Assembly: GCA_964400475.1 (NCBI GenBank)
Contig: CAYNTH010000001.1
Span: 73,957-137,956 of the forward strand
DNA: 64,000 bases
Source of the DNA: an uncultured archaeon
GTDB lineage: Archaea > Aenigmatarchaeota > Aenigmatarchaeia > CG10238-14 > SCSR01
Direction of reading: 5' to 3'
This document shows, piece by piece, positions 9,308 to 19,700 of this stretch (position 1 is the stretch's first letter; the number at the start of each line of letters is the position of its first letter). The notes beneath the pieces were generated by a model. The model made no database searches, was not told where the DNA came from, and saw only the letters and a list, made by a program, of their open reading frames with translations. Position numbers and translations under genes: made by a program.

Positions 9308-10123
9308 TTATTTTTCGAATGGTTTACTCTTATTCCAAGCAAGATTGAATAATGGATTGAGAATCCCGTCTGCAACATGTGAACTCTTGCTCCATATTGC
9401 GAGATCCTGCGTTGAGTGTACACTCGAATCCGTTAACGGTAGTAAAGTTTCCTTTCCATCTACAATTAAGAACTTTCCAGATATGTGGATTTCTTTCTTT
9501 GATAAATTTCTCACATCGGCTATATCTGACAAAGATTTCATATCTATCTCTTTATTAGAAGCATCTGTTGCTATTTTGATATTGACTCCTCGTTTATTTG
9601 CCTCTTTCAATGTATCGAAGTGTTCTGAATAGAAATCTTTCAACCCTTCTCTATTAAGAACAATGTTTATATTATTGTCCGCGCCCTTTAACATAGAATT
9701 AATTTGCTGTGAAACCGAATATTTGCCTTTTATAGATCCTGTCAATTCCTCTGGACTGACCAATTTCATTCCTTTTTCGTATAATTCATTCAGTTCTTTC
9801 ATAACTGGTGATTCTTTCAATCTCTCAACTTTATTACGAGCAGCAACAATATCTTCAACCAATTTTTCCTTAATTCGATCCAACGCATTATCGGGTGATA
9901 CTGCAACGTATTTGATTGGTTTCCCCGTTTGGACTACTACGAATCCTTTATCTGCCAAGCTTTGTAAAATATCGTATGACCTTGACCTTGGAACGTTTGC
10001 TATTTCAGAAAGTTCACCAGCAGTTGATGTCCCGCGAGCAAGCAATGCAATCCACAGTTTTCTTTCATACAGGTTCAATCCAATCCCTTTGAGGGAATCC
10101 ATAACCTCCGATGATGCCAACAT
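9308..10123 (-). CDS. TrmB-family transcriptional regulator
   Basis: 271 aa. N-terminal wHTH LYERKLWIALLARGTSTAGELSEIANVPRSRSYDILQSLADKGFV with the characteristic TrmB C-terminal domain. Confidence 0.65.
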   Translation of the reverse strand: MLASSEVMDSLKGIGLNLYERKLWIALLARGTSTAGELSEIANVPRSRSYDILQSLADKGFVVVQTGKPIKYVAVSPDNALDRIKEKLVEDIVAARNKVERLKESPVMKELNELYEKGMKLVSPEELTGSIKGKYSVSQQINSMLKGADNNINIVLNREGLKDFYSEHFDTLKEANKRGVNIKIATDASNKEIDMKSLSDIADVRNLSKKEIHISGKFLIVDGKETLLPLTDSSVHSTQDLAIWSKSSHVADGILNPLFNLAWNKSKPFEK

Positions 10124-10204
10124 ATTAAATACCTTTGTTTTAACTAAATAGTGATTTAATATATAAGTTTTTATATCTTACAAGTAGTGCCACTTTCTCG
10201 ATAT

Positions 10205-11902
10205 TCAGCCGTTATGTTGATTTTTATAAATTCTTTTTATCCTTTCAACAGTGTCAACGTTTTCAGGTCCTTTATCAGCGCTTCTGTCGCGTATAAGCCT
10301 AGGGAATCTTAACGCAAATCCAGATTCATATTTTGGCGATTTTTGTATTTCTTCATATCCGATTTCGAATACTATTTCTGGTCTTATTTCTACTCTCCGT
10401 CCCTCTTCATTTGTTATCAACGGTTTCAGTTTTTTGGTCATACCTTCGAATTGTTCGTCTGTTAATCCAGTTCCCATCATCCCGCATGATAAAAATTCAT
10501 TTGTCTTTTCATCCCTGCAACCTAATATGAAACTACTCAACCAATTCGTTCTTTTTCCCGTTCCCCATTCAGCTCCCGTTATTGCCAAATCCAATGGCTC
10601 CATTATTGGTTTAACCTTCAACCAATATCCAACTCTTCTACCTGGCTGATAATTCGATTCCAAATTTTTGACTATTACTCCTTCGTGTCCATCTTTTAGT
10701 GATTTGTTATAGAATATTTTCGCTTCATCGATATCTTTCGTTACTATCTGATTCGCTAATTGGAGTTCCCCTGTTTTTGGGTTTATTGTCTTTTCCAATT
10801 TTTTTCTACGTTCCTTCAACGGCAAATCTAATAGAGGTTTCCCGTTTAACAACAGTATATCGAAAATGTTCACTTGTATTGGGATTTCATTAACCATTTT
10901 CTTAATATCGTACTTTCTTTGTATTCTTTGTGACAGGGTTTGGAATGGTAACGGTCTTTTAGTTTTGTCATCTATTGCCAATATCTCTCCGTCCAAGATA
11001 CATTTTTTAACATCTTTTTTAACATTTTTCCTTACCATCTTAACTAAGTCCGGGAATTGCTTAGTCACGTCTTCCAATCTTCTGGTGAAGATTTTGATAT
11101 CGTCACCGTCTTTATGAATTTGTACACGCGCTCCGTCGTATTTAGTTTCTATCGCAACTTCGTCGAATTTATTTACAGCTGTTTCCAAATCCGGCGCTTT
11201 TTCTGCTAGAAGAACTTGAACAGATGTTCCCATCTCTATTTCAACTTGTTTTAATCCGGTATCTCCATCAGATTTTGCAATTTTGATAATTTCACCATAA
11301 TCGGGCATCATGTTCCATGCGTGTTCCACATTTTTCGCCTTAACATCGAACGCCTTTGAGATCGCATCTCTGAGTATGCCTTCGGCCACTCCTATTCTCA
11401 ATGTACCCAGCGAAGTTCTCACTATATACTTTGCTTCAATAGGCGTTGCCGATGTCAGAAGTTCTGCAATCACATTCAATTTTCTATTCTGCGAACCCTT
11501 ACCACTGATTTCCGGGAGTTTCTTAAGACTGTTGAATACTTTTTTTATTGTCAATTTACGCTCCATTAACGTTGACTGTGTTTTAGATTCGATCAGTCCT
11601 TGTGCCACCTTACCCAAATCCCCGGTCTCTTTGAATTTTTCGGTTATTTTTTTCATTGAATGACCTGTGGCTTTGTTAATAACACGTTTCATCATTTTTT
11701 GTGCGATACCCAAATCTTCTTTTGATGACGCTGGAAAGACTTTTCCAGTGACGAGTAATGCAATTCTACTTAAATCATCTTGGTTAACTTTTCTCAAGAA
11801 CTCCGCCAAGATATCTCTTTTATCATGTTTAGATGATGTCTTTTCTAGTTTCGAGTAGATGTCCGCAAGTTTAGAATACAGCATATGTTTCACTACCAAC
11901 AA
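10205..11902 (-). CDS. lig: ATP-dependent DNA ligase
   Basis: 565 aa with adenylation motif I ETKYDGARVQIH and the OB-fold C-terminus. The likely true start is MLYSKLADIY, a few codons in. Confidence 0.9.
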   Translation of the reverse strand: MLVVKHMLYSKLADIYSKLEKTSSKHDKRDILAEFLRKVNQDDLSRIALLVTGKVFPASSKEDLGIAQKMMKRVINKATGHSMKKITEKFKETGDLGKVAQGLIESKTQSTLMERKLTIKKVFNSLKKLPEISGKGSQNRKLNVIAELLTSATPIEAKYIVRTSLGTLRIGVAEGILRDAISKAFDVKAKNVEHAWNMMPDYGEIIKIAKSDGDTGLKQVEIEMGTSVQVLLAEKAPDLETAVNKFDEVAIETKYDGARVQIHKDGDDIKIFTRRLEDVTKQFPDLVKMVRKNVKKDVKKCILDGEILAIDDKTKRPLPFQTLSQRIQRKYDIKKMVNEIPIQVNIFDILLLNGKPLLDLPLKERRKKLEKTINPKTGELQLANQIVTKDIDEAKIFYNKSLKDGHEGVIVKNLESNYQPGRRVGYWLKVKPIMEPLDLAITGAEWGTGKRTNWLSSFILGCRDEKTNEFLSCGMMGTGLTDEQFEGMTKKLKPLITNEEGRRVEIRPEIVFEIGYEEIQKSPKYESGFALRFPRLIRDRSADKGPENVDTVERIKRIYKNQHNG

Positions 11903-11971
11903 TCAAGATTTAAATTGTAATATCTTTATAGTTTTCTATAAAATCTTGATTAAACAGCATTTGATGAGTAG

Positions 11972-12169
11972 ATGATGATGCCGGTAATGGAAAAACATAG
12001 AATAATATACAATCGATGGGAATTTGGGTTTTGTGAAAATTGCAAGGGCAATCCATCACCCTCTAAGATGGTAAAAAATTTTCTTGTTTCTGGTGACCCT
12101 TCAAGTAAGTACAAATCGACTAAGGAAATCTGGGTTTGTAGTAAATGTGGTTATAGCAGAGAATTCTAG
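11972..12169 (+). CDS. hypothetical small Zn-ribbon protein
   Basis: 65 aa with CENCKGN...CSKCGYS (CxxC...CxxC). Confidence 0.35.
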   Translation: MMMPVMEKHRIIYNRWEFGFCENCKGNPSPSKMVKNFLVSGDPSSKYKSTKEIWVCSKCGYSREF

Positions 12170-12237
12170 TTATTACCGATGGAAAAGAATTTTACATTCA
12201 AATTCTAATTAGAATTAGGGATAGAGGTGAAAATGAA

Positions 12238-12924
12238 TTGAACGTTTTTGACTGTATTTTTAGGAGAAGGAGTACTCGTAGTTTTAAGGATGAAGATGTG
12301 GACGACAAACTAATAGGAGTAATGTTATCTGCCGCTGTTCATGCCCCTTCTGCAGGGAATACACAGGAGTGGCATTTCATAGTAGTTAAGGATGATAAGG
12401 TAAAAGAAAAATTGTCTAATGCTGCTTTAAACCAGAGATTCATATCTAAAGCCCCAGTTGTCATAGTTGTTTGTATTGATAAAGAAAAGATAGAGTTGAA
12501 ATATGGTAAGAGAGGATTGAATTTTTATTCTCTACAAGACACAGCCGCTGCTACTATGAATATTTTGTTATCTGCAGAGGCGCTGGGGTTGAGCACGTGT
12601 TGGGTAGGGGCATTTGATGATGAAAAGGTTGGACATATTCTTAAACTTCCCAATCAATTGAGAGTGGCATCCATAGTTCCTGTAGGATATTCGGACGAGA
12701 ATGCAGTGAAGCCTAGGAGAATACCATTCGAAAGATTGACGCATGTTGACCAATATAATAGAAAATATCCAATATCAGAAGCCGTCAAGAAAGAAGGTGG
12801 GAAGGAGCTGAAGTTTAAACCATTGGGTAATTATATAGAGGACGTTTTGAAAGACAGGAAGTCGAAAAAGAAGAAAAAAGAGAGAACGACCTTCAAGGAC
12901 TTCATAAATAAATTGAGATCATAG
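12238..12924 (+). CDS. nitroreductase family protein with Lys-rich C-terminal tail
   Basis: 228 aa. RRRSTRSFKDEDV...AAVHAPSAGNTQEWHFIVV is typical of NAD(P)H nitroreductases. The C-terminus is KDRKSKKKKKERT. Confidence 0.8.
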   Translation: MNVFDCIFRRRSTRSFKDEDVDDKLIGVMLSAAVHAPSAGNTQEWHFIVVKDDKVKEKLSNAALNQRFISKAPVVIVVCIDKEKIELKYGKRGLNFYSLQDTAAATMNILLSAEALGLSTCWVGAFDDEKVGHILKLPNQLRVASIVPVGYSDENAVKPRRIPFERLTHVDQYNRKYPISEAVKKEGGKELKFKPLGNYIEDVLKDRKSKKKKKERTTFKDFINKLRS

Positions 12925-12997
12925 TGTGTAGAAACAAATTTCTTTGGTTAAATTAAATTTAATAATGCAGAGAAGCAATTTTTATTATATAAAATAG

Positions 12998-14482
12998 ATG
13001 GTAGATGAGATGAATATTTGGAAACATTTGAATCTGGGAAAAAAGACGTTTATTTTTTATCTAATTTTCGTGTGTTTTGTATCCTATTTAATTAGTAGTT
13101 CTGTTATGGTATTTGCTGCAAGTGATTCAGTGAGTTTAGATTTTTCCAAATCTGAAATCACGATAAACACCACTAAAACGGAATATGTTGAGATAACTGT
13201 TGTAAATAATCAAACTATAGAAGATACTTTTTCACTTTCAGTTTGGCCCCATGAAACATGGGAAGGCATAACTCCCAATTTAGAGAGATATACAGCCAGA
13301 TTGGAACCAGATACTCAGAAGACTGTTAAATTATATTTGACGGTTTCCTCGGATGCCGATGAGATAATAACCACTTTCTTAGTTACCGCAAAGTCTAATA
13401 CAAATTCGAATGTTACTGCATCCGATGAATTGAGAGTAAGGGTTTTAAGGGAAACTTCTGTTTATATTTCCGATATATCCTTGGACAAATATTTGTTGGA
13501 CCAGGGCGAATGTGTAAACATAACATCGTCGATCACCAATCTGGATGCATCAGATGGTCCTTTCAAATTAAATACCAGAATAAGGAAAGGCACAGATGTT
13601 ATAGAGAGTTTCGATAATGAAGTTCCTTATGTGAAGGGCAAAAGCATAGAGAAAGTCATCAATCAATATTGTTTTGATAAATACGCCGAGTCAGGAAGAT
13701 ATACTATACTATCAGAATTGAGGACGGAACTTAACAAGAAACTAGATAGTAGGACAGAAACCCTTAAGATAACAGATATCAGTGATATAGAGTTGGAAAA
13801 AGATGTCCAGTATACGCCGTTTGCACAGATAAAGACCATAACTGTTAAAAACGAAGGAAATACGATAGAAACTGATTTCTATGTTACCGAAACGGTCTCC
13901 AGTTTTGTTAACAAGATATTCTATCCTATAGATCAGCCAACATCTACCGAAGAACAAGATAATAAATATACTTATAGTTGGGAAATTGAGAGCCTATCCC
14001 CTGGGGAATCGATGCAGATACAATATGAGATAAGGTATGTGAGCATATGGTTCACGGGGCTGGTGATAATACTTTTAGTGATATTGGCGTTTTCCTATGT
14101 ATACACTCCAAGGATAACCAAGAAGTATAATCTCGTTGGTAGTTTGAAGAAGGGAAAGGAAATTCCTATAATGTTGGAGATAAAGAATTCGACAATCCAC
14201 GAAATTAAGAATGTTGTTGTAGAAGATTCCGTAACACCTATTGCAACATTGGTCAGTAAATTTGATACGATGAAACCAAAATCAAAGAAAACAGATACTG
14301 GTACACAATTGACGTGGAAAATTAAATCATTGAAGCCCCTGGAAGAAAGGGTGTTGACGTACAGGATAAAACCGAATGTTGATATAATAGGCAGTATGAG
14401 ACTTCCTAAAGCTACGATGGAGTATTTAAACAACAAAAAGGAGAAAAAAGTTGTTGCAAGCAAGTCAGTGGAAATTAAATAA
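12998..14482 (+). CDS. hypothetical cell-surface protein (signal peptide, C-proximal TM anchor)
   Basis: 494 aa. N-terminal hydrophobic signal (FIFYLIFVCFVSYLISSSVMVFAA), a long extracellular region and a TM helix (WFTGLVIILLVILAFSYVY) near the C-terminus. Confidence 0.45.
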   Translation: MVDEMNIWKHLNLGKKTFIFYLIFVCFVSYLISSSVMVFAASDSVSLDFSKSEITINTTKTEYVEITVVNNQTIEDTFSLSVWPHETWEGITPNLERYTARLEPDTQKTVKLYLTVSSDADEIITTFLVTAKSNTNSNVTASDELRVRVLRETSVYISDISLDKYLLDQGECVNITSSITNLDASDGPFKLNTRIRKGTDVIESFDNEVPYVKGKSIEKVINQYCFDKYAESGRYTILSELRTELNKKLDSRTETLKITDISDIELEKDVQYTPFAQIKTITVKNEGNTIETDFYVTETVSSFVNKIFYPIDQPTSTEEQDNKYTYSWEIESLSPGESMQIQYEIRYVSIWFTGLVIILLVILAFSYVYTPRITKKYNLVGSLKKGKEIPIMLEIKNSTIHEIKNVVVEDSVTPIATLVSKFDTMKPKSKKTDTGTQLTWKIKSLKPLEERVLTYRIKPNVDIIGSMRLPKATMEYLNNKKEKKVVASKSVEIK

Positions 14483-14551
14483 ATATAACAATAAAACTTT
14501 TATATTCTTTTTAAGATAGAATTTTAAACTGAGTTGCCCCACTGTTAAATA

Positions 14552-14666
14552 CCCGAAGTAGCTCAATGGCAGAGCATCCGGCTGTAGACGAGTACATCTG
14601 TGCTTGTTAATAGCTCTTGCTCGGACAGAAACCGGGGGGTTGGGAGTTCGAATCTCCTCTTCGGGA
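14552..14666 (+). tRNA. tRNA-Tyr (GTA) with ~42-nt intron at canonical 37/38 position
   Basis: CCCGAAG-TA-GCTC-AATGGC-AGAGC-A-TCCGG-CTGTAG[intron]A-CCGGG-GGGTT-GGGAG-TTCGAAT-CTCCT-CTTCGGG-A. No CCA is encoded. Confidence 0.8.
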
Positions 14667-14696
14667 TTCAACCTTTAAAATGACTGAAAACCGATA

Positions 14697-14708
14697 AATT
14701 TAAAATAT
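14697..14708 (+). promoter_or_regulatory. TATA-like element (TTTAAAATATTT) about 30 nt upstream of 5S rRNA
   Basis: AT-rich TATA-like hexamer at the expected distance from the 5S 5' end. Confidence 0.3.
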
Positions 14709-14739
14709 TTAAGAATGTAAGATAATAAAATATAGTTTA

Positions 14740-14856
14740 GTTGGCGGCCAAAGTGAGCATGAAACATCTGTTCCCATCTCGAACACAGCAATTAAGATGT
14801 TCAACGAATTGGGTTGTACTGAGCATAGGCTCGGAAACCCCAGGACGCTGCCAACT
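14740..14856 (+). rRNA. rrf: 5S ribosomal RNA (stand-alone, not in an rRNA operon)
   Basis: GTTGGCGGCC...GTTCCCATCTCGAACACAGCAATTAAGATG...GGGTTGTACTGAGCATAGGCTCGGAAACCCCAGGACGCTGCCAAC. Helix I pairs 5' GTTGGCGGC with 3' GCTGCCAAC, and the CCCAT-CGAAC-AGAAGT-like loop C consensus is present. Confidence 0.8.
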
Positions 14857-15008
14857 TTAATAATTATGACAAAATGCGAGGCACCCAGGTGAAATCTTGA
14901 ATACCAAAAAAAATATTAACTGGTTCTTTAGCAAAAGAAAAAAGGAAGATTTATCTTTAGATATCAACTGGGTAAATTAATAGGTGATTAAAAAATAAGT
15001 GAAATTTG

Positions 15009-15016
15009 GTATATAT
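15009..15016 (+). promoter_or_regulatory. TATA box (GTATATAT) about 26 nt upstream of tRNA-Asp
   Basis: TATATAT lies at the canonical archaeal -26 distance from tRNA nucleotide 1. Confidence 0.35.
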
Positions 15017-15035
15017 CCGATTCTCGGGTAAATAT

Positions 15036-15122
15036 GCCCTGGTGGTGTAGTGGCCTAGCATACAAGCCTGTCAATAATAATGCAGATCGCTTGTGACACG
15101 GGTTCAAATCCCGTCCAGGGCG
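15036..15122 (+). tRNA. tRNA-Asp (GTC) with ~14-nt intron at canonical position
   Basis: GCCCTGG-TG-GTGT-AGTGGCCTA-GCAT-A-CAAGC-CTGTCA[A][TAATAATGCAGATC]-GCTTG-TGAC-ACGGG-TTCAAAT-CCCGT-CCAGGGC-G. Confidence 0.8.
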
Positions 15123-15140
15123 TTAAAGTTGGCTTGATGT

Positions 15141-16736
15141 TTGTGTATACAAGGTGTGGTAGTGGAAGATAAAGAAAAACCTGTTGACAATGGTAATATC
15201 ACTAGTGTTAAAAGTAACGATGATTATTTTTTGAACATTCTTAATTCTTTTGTTCAAAGGCGGGGTCTTGTGCAATTCCAGATAGACTCTTATAATGATT
15301 TTATAACTAAAACAATACCCGGGGTCCTTAATGAAATAGGTGAAATAGAACCAGATGTTCCTGAATTGGGTAAATTCAAGATAAAACTTGGGGATTTTAG
15401 AATAGGTAAAGAGAATTGGGGTCCATGGTTTAAGGAAGCAGATGGGTCAGAAAGAAGGATATTGCCGATTGAGTCTAGGATAAGGGATTTAACTTATGCT
15501 GTTCCAATGTTTGTTGAAATGACTCCTGTTATGAATGGCGTTGAAGGAGAAACCATTTGGGTCAATTTTGGGGATTTGCCCTTGATGTTGAAGTCAAAAA
15601 TTTGTCCATTATCTACTATGACGGAAAATGAGTTAATCGAAGCCGGTGAAGATCCTGATGACCCCGGTGGGTATTTTATTGTAAATGGTACCGAAAGGAT
15701 ACTGGTTTTAGTCGAGGAAATAGCTCAGAATAAGACCATAGCAGCCAAGGTCAGTTCTGGAACATCTACTGAAATTATAAGAATCCATTCGGAGAAGGAA
15801 GGATATGTCCAGAGGCACATGATTGAACGTAGGAAAAACGGGTTAATAACGATAAGTTTTGCGAATGTCAATAAATTACCAATAGCGATTCTGTTGAAAG
15901 CCCTTGGGTTGGAGAGTGATAAGGATATAATAACAATTTTGTCAAAAGATCCTGATATACGCGAAGAATTTTACATGAATTTATATGAGGCGGGAGTTTC
16001 AAAATCGGAGGAAGCACTCGATAAGATAGGCAAACATATCAAAATACCACAAAAGGAGTATAGAATGTCGAGAGCTGTTAAATTAATTGATAGATATTTG
16101 TTGCCCCACCTTGGTCAAGATTCTTCAAATAGATTCGAGAAAGCGATATTCCTCATAAAGGCCATTGATAAAATTTTGAGATTGCATTTGGGCAAGATTG
16201 AAGAAGACGATTTGGATCATTATTCAAACAAAAGATTGAGATTGTCTGGAGATTTGTTGGAGATTTTGTTGAGGTCGATACTTTTGGGTAAATGGGGCTT
16301 GATAACTCGTATTACATATAATTATCAGAAGTTAGCAAAACGAGGCAGAGTGCCTCCACTACAAGCCATAGTAGAGACTAATGTGTTGACAAATCAATTG
16401 AATTCTGCTTTAGCAATAGGTAGTTGGGTTGGTGGACGAACAGGCGTTAGTCAGCGATTGGAAAGGGGTAGTTATATTAAAACACTCTCCCATATGCGCA
16501 ATGTCCTTTCACCATTGACATCTACCCAAGAACACTTCGAAGCGAGAGAATTACATCCTACTCATTGGGGAAAATTATGTTCTAGTGAAACTCCAGAAGG
16601 AGCTACAATCGGATTGAGAAAGTATCTGGCTATTATGGCTGAAGTTACCAGTGGCATAGGTGAAAAAGATAAGAAAAATTTGGAGAAAATATTGGAAGGG
16701 AATGTAACTCCAATACAAGATTCCATTAAGAAATAA
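15141..16736 (+). CDS. rpoB2: DNA-directed RNA polymerase subunit B'' (N-terminal half of split RpoB)
   Basis: 531 aa with the conserved RpoB N-terminal blocks LVQFQIDSYNDFITKTIPGV and GGYFIVNGTERILV. It starts on TTG or GTG shortly after tRNA-Asp. Confidence 0.9.
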   Translation: MCIQGVVVEDKEKPVDNGNITSVKSNDDYFLNILNSFVQRRGLVQFQIDSYNDFITKTIPGVLNEIGEIEPDVPELGKFKIKLGDFRIGKENWGPWFKEADGSERRILPIESRIRDLTYAVPMFVEMTPVMNGVEGETIWVNFGDLPLMLKSKICPLSTMTENELIEAGEDPDDPGGYFIVNGTERILVLVEEIAQNKTIAAKVSSGTSTEIIRIHSEKEGYVQRHMIERRKNGLITISFANVNKLPIAILLKALGLESDKDIITILSKDPDIREEFYMNLYEAGVSKSEEALDKIGKHIKIPQKEYRMSRAVKLIDRYLLPHLGQDSSNRFEKAIFLIKAIDKILRLHLGKIEEDDLDHYSNKRLRLSGDLLEILLRSILLGKWGLITRITYNYQKLAKRGRVPPLQAIVETNVLTNQLNSALAIGSWVGGRTGVSQRLERGSYIKTLSHMRNVLSPLTSTQEHFEARELHPTHWGKLCSSETPEGATIGLRKYLAIMAEVTSGIGEKDKKNLEKILEGNVTPIQDSIKK

Positions 16737-16748
16737 TTTGGTGTTTAA

Positions 16749-19700
16749 ATGGCTGAAAAAGAAAAGAAGAAGATGATAACTCCTGCAGACGTTTATTGGG
16801 ATGGCCGGTATTTGGGTAAGGTGGAAAATCCCATGGAACTTGTTGATAAGATTACGCAAGGGAGGAGAGACGGCACATTATCTTATCAGGTAAATGTTTC
16901 TTATTACTCCCATTTAGATGAAGTAAGAGTTATGTCGGATGAAGGTCGTGTAAGAAGGCCGGCAATTGTTGTTGAAAATGGGAAATCTAAACTCACAAAT
17001 GATGTGATAAAGAAGATAAAGAATGGTGACATGGAATGGAAAGATTTGATAGATCAAGGGATAGTTGAGTATTTGGATGCAGACGAAGAAGAGGGAACTT
17101 ATATATGTTTGAATCCAGAGGACCTTACAGAAGAACACACTCACCTCGAGCTAGATCCTTCGATAATTTTAGGGCTTTCCGCATCATTCATACCCTTTAC
17201 CGAATACAACCGGGGAGATAGGGTAAATTATGGTGCAAAAATGATAGGCCAGAGTATGGGGCTATTTTCTACTAATTATTTGAGTAGAGTGGATACAAAA
17301 TCGAACGTGATGGTTTATCCACAAAAGCCATTGGTTGGTACGCATGCAAATAAGATAATAAATTATGACAAGCATCCGAATGGATCTAACGTGATAGTCG
17401 CAGTTGGTTGTTTTGACGGATACAACATGGAAGATGCCATTGTTATAAATAAGAGTTCTATACAACGTGGATTGTTTTGGTCAGCTATGATGAGGACTTA
17501 TGACGCTGTACAGAAAAGATACATGGGTGGTCAAGAAGATATAATTGGAATACCTGAGGCTGGGGTTCGTGGTTATGCTGGTGAGGATGCTTACAAACAT
17601 CTACCAGAGGATGGAATAATCAATCCTGAAACAGTTGTTAATTCTGATGATGTTTTAGTTGGACGGGTATCACCCCTTAGATTCTTGGGTACAATGGATC
17701 AATTCATTACTGGTATAGAAAATATCAGAGAAACATCGATTAAAGTGAGAAATGAAGAGAATGGTGTAGTTGATAGGGTTTTCTTGTCAGAGACAAATGA
17801 TGGTACAATGCTGATAAAAGTGGTTGTTAGAGATTTGAAGATACCCGAGATTGGCGATAAATTTTCGAGTAGACATGGTCAAAAAGGTGTAATAGGATTG
17901 ATCGTACCAGAGGAAGATATGCCATTTACGGAAGAGGGAATAGTTCCTGATATAATATTCAATCCACATGGTATTCCATCGAGAATGACCATGGGACAAT
18001 TATTGGAATTTTTAGGTGGTAAGCTTGGTGCACTTTCAGGGAAGATGGTTGATGCAAGTCCATTCAATGCTATGAAAGAGAAGGACATTCGATCGCAACT
18101 TAGTGAGTATGGTTTTAGGGACGATGGTAAAGAAGTTATGTATGATGGTAGGACAGGTCGTCGTTTCGCTGCTCAGATATTCATGGGTAATTGTTTTTAT
18201 CAAAAATTGGATCACTTGGTATCAAATAAGATACATGCTCGTTCCAGGGGACCAGTCGCGTTATTGACCAAGCAACCTACCGAGGGTAGGAGCAAGGATG
18301 GTGGACTTAGACTGGGGGAGATGGAAAAGGACTGTTTGATAGCCCACGGTGCTGCACTTGTATTGAAAGAGCGCTTTGATTCGGATAAAACAACTGTTCC
18401 CGTTTGCAAAGAATGCGGGATGGTTGCTATACACGATCGAATTAAGAATAGGATGTATTGTTCTGTTTGTGGCAATTCAAAAATAGAAAAAGTCGAGATG
18501 GGCTACGCATTCAAATTAATGTTAGAGGAATTGAAGAGTTTGTTGATATATCCAAAAATTGTAATCAATAGAGAAAATTCATTGGTAGATAGAATCGAAT
18601 TTGGGTTCCTCAGTCCAGATATCATAAGAGATATGGTAGTTGCCAAGATAACGAAAACGGATTTATATGACCAGGAGGGATATCCAATCGAAGGAGGATT
18701 AATGGATCCAAGATTGGGTGTAGTTGATCCGGGGGTCAGATGTCGTGTTTGCGGTGGTAGAGTAGGTGAATGCCAAGGGCATTTTGGCTATTTGGATCTG
18801 ACAAGACCGATATTGCATGTTCATTATGCCAAATTTATCTATAATTTAATGAAATTGTTCTGTCATAAATGCAGTAGGATATTGCTGGACGATGAAACTA
18901 TAGAGAAAGTGAGAAAGGGCAAGTACAGTATAAGAGACATAATCAAGATGAGGGAACGCAAATGTCCTCATTGTGGTGCGAAACGGAAGAAGGTTAGATT
19001 TACAAGACCATACACCATAAACGAAGGTAAGAAAAGCTTGAATCCAGCTGAATTAAGAGCAAGAATGGAAAAAATGCTCGATAGAGACCTTGAATTAATC
19101 GGGGTTGCGATACGCCCAGAATGGCTAGTTTTGACGATTTTACCTATAGCACCGGTTACTGTTAGACCGTCTATCACACTTGAAACTGGTGATAGGTCTG
19201 AGGACGATTTGACACATAAACTTGTCGATATTGTTAGAATCAATGAGCGATTGAGGGAAAATATCGATTTGGGTGCTCCAGATTTCATAATCGAAGATCT
19301 TTGGGAACTTTTACAGTATCATATATCAACATATTTTGATAACGGTATATCTGGTGTTCCTCCAGCAAGACATAGATCTGGACGAGTGTTAAAAACATTG
19401 ACTCAAAGACTCAAAACAAAGGAAGGGAGATTCAGAGGAAATCTGGCAGGTAAGCGTGTTAATTTCTCCGCCAGAACTGTGATAAGTCCAGACCCAATGA
19501 TAGATATAGACGAGGTTGGAGTACCAGAGGAAATAGTGAGAGAATTGACGTTGCCAGTGAGGGTAAATCCTGAAAACAAGGAAGAATTGATTGAAATTGT
19601 TAAAAGAGGGCCTAAGCATACTAAGGGAGCGAATTATGTGATAAGAACAGATGGCCGACGAAAAAAGATTACCGAATTAAGCAAGGATGATATCGCTGAA

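Noticed and set aside
17787-18475. Several 60-90 aa ORFs on the minus strand inside rpoB'/rpoA' (e.g. 17879-18088, 18212-18475)
   Set aside because: These are antisense shadow ORFs within a highly conserved coding region. Their translations are low-complexity with no motifs, and the sense-strand product is unambiguous.
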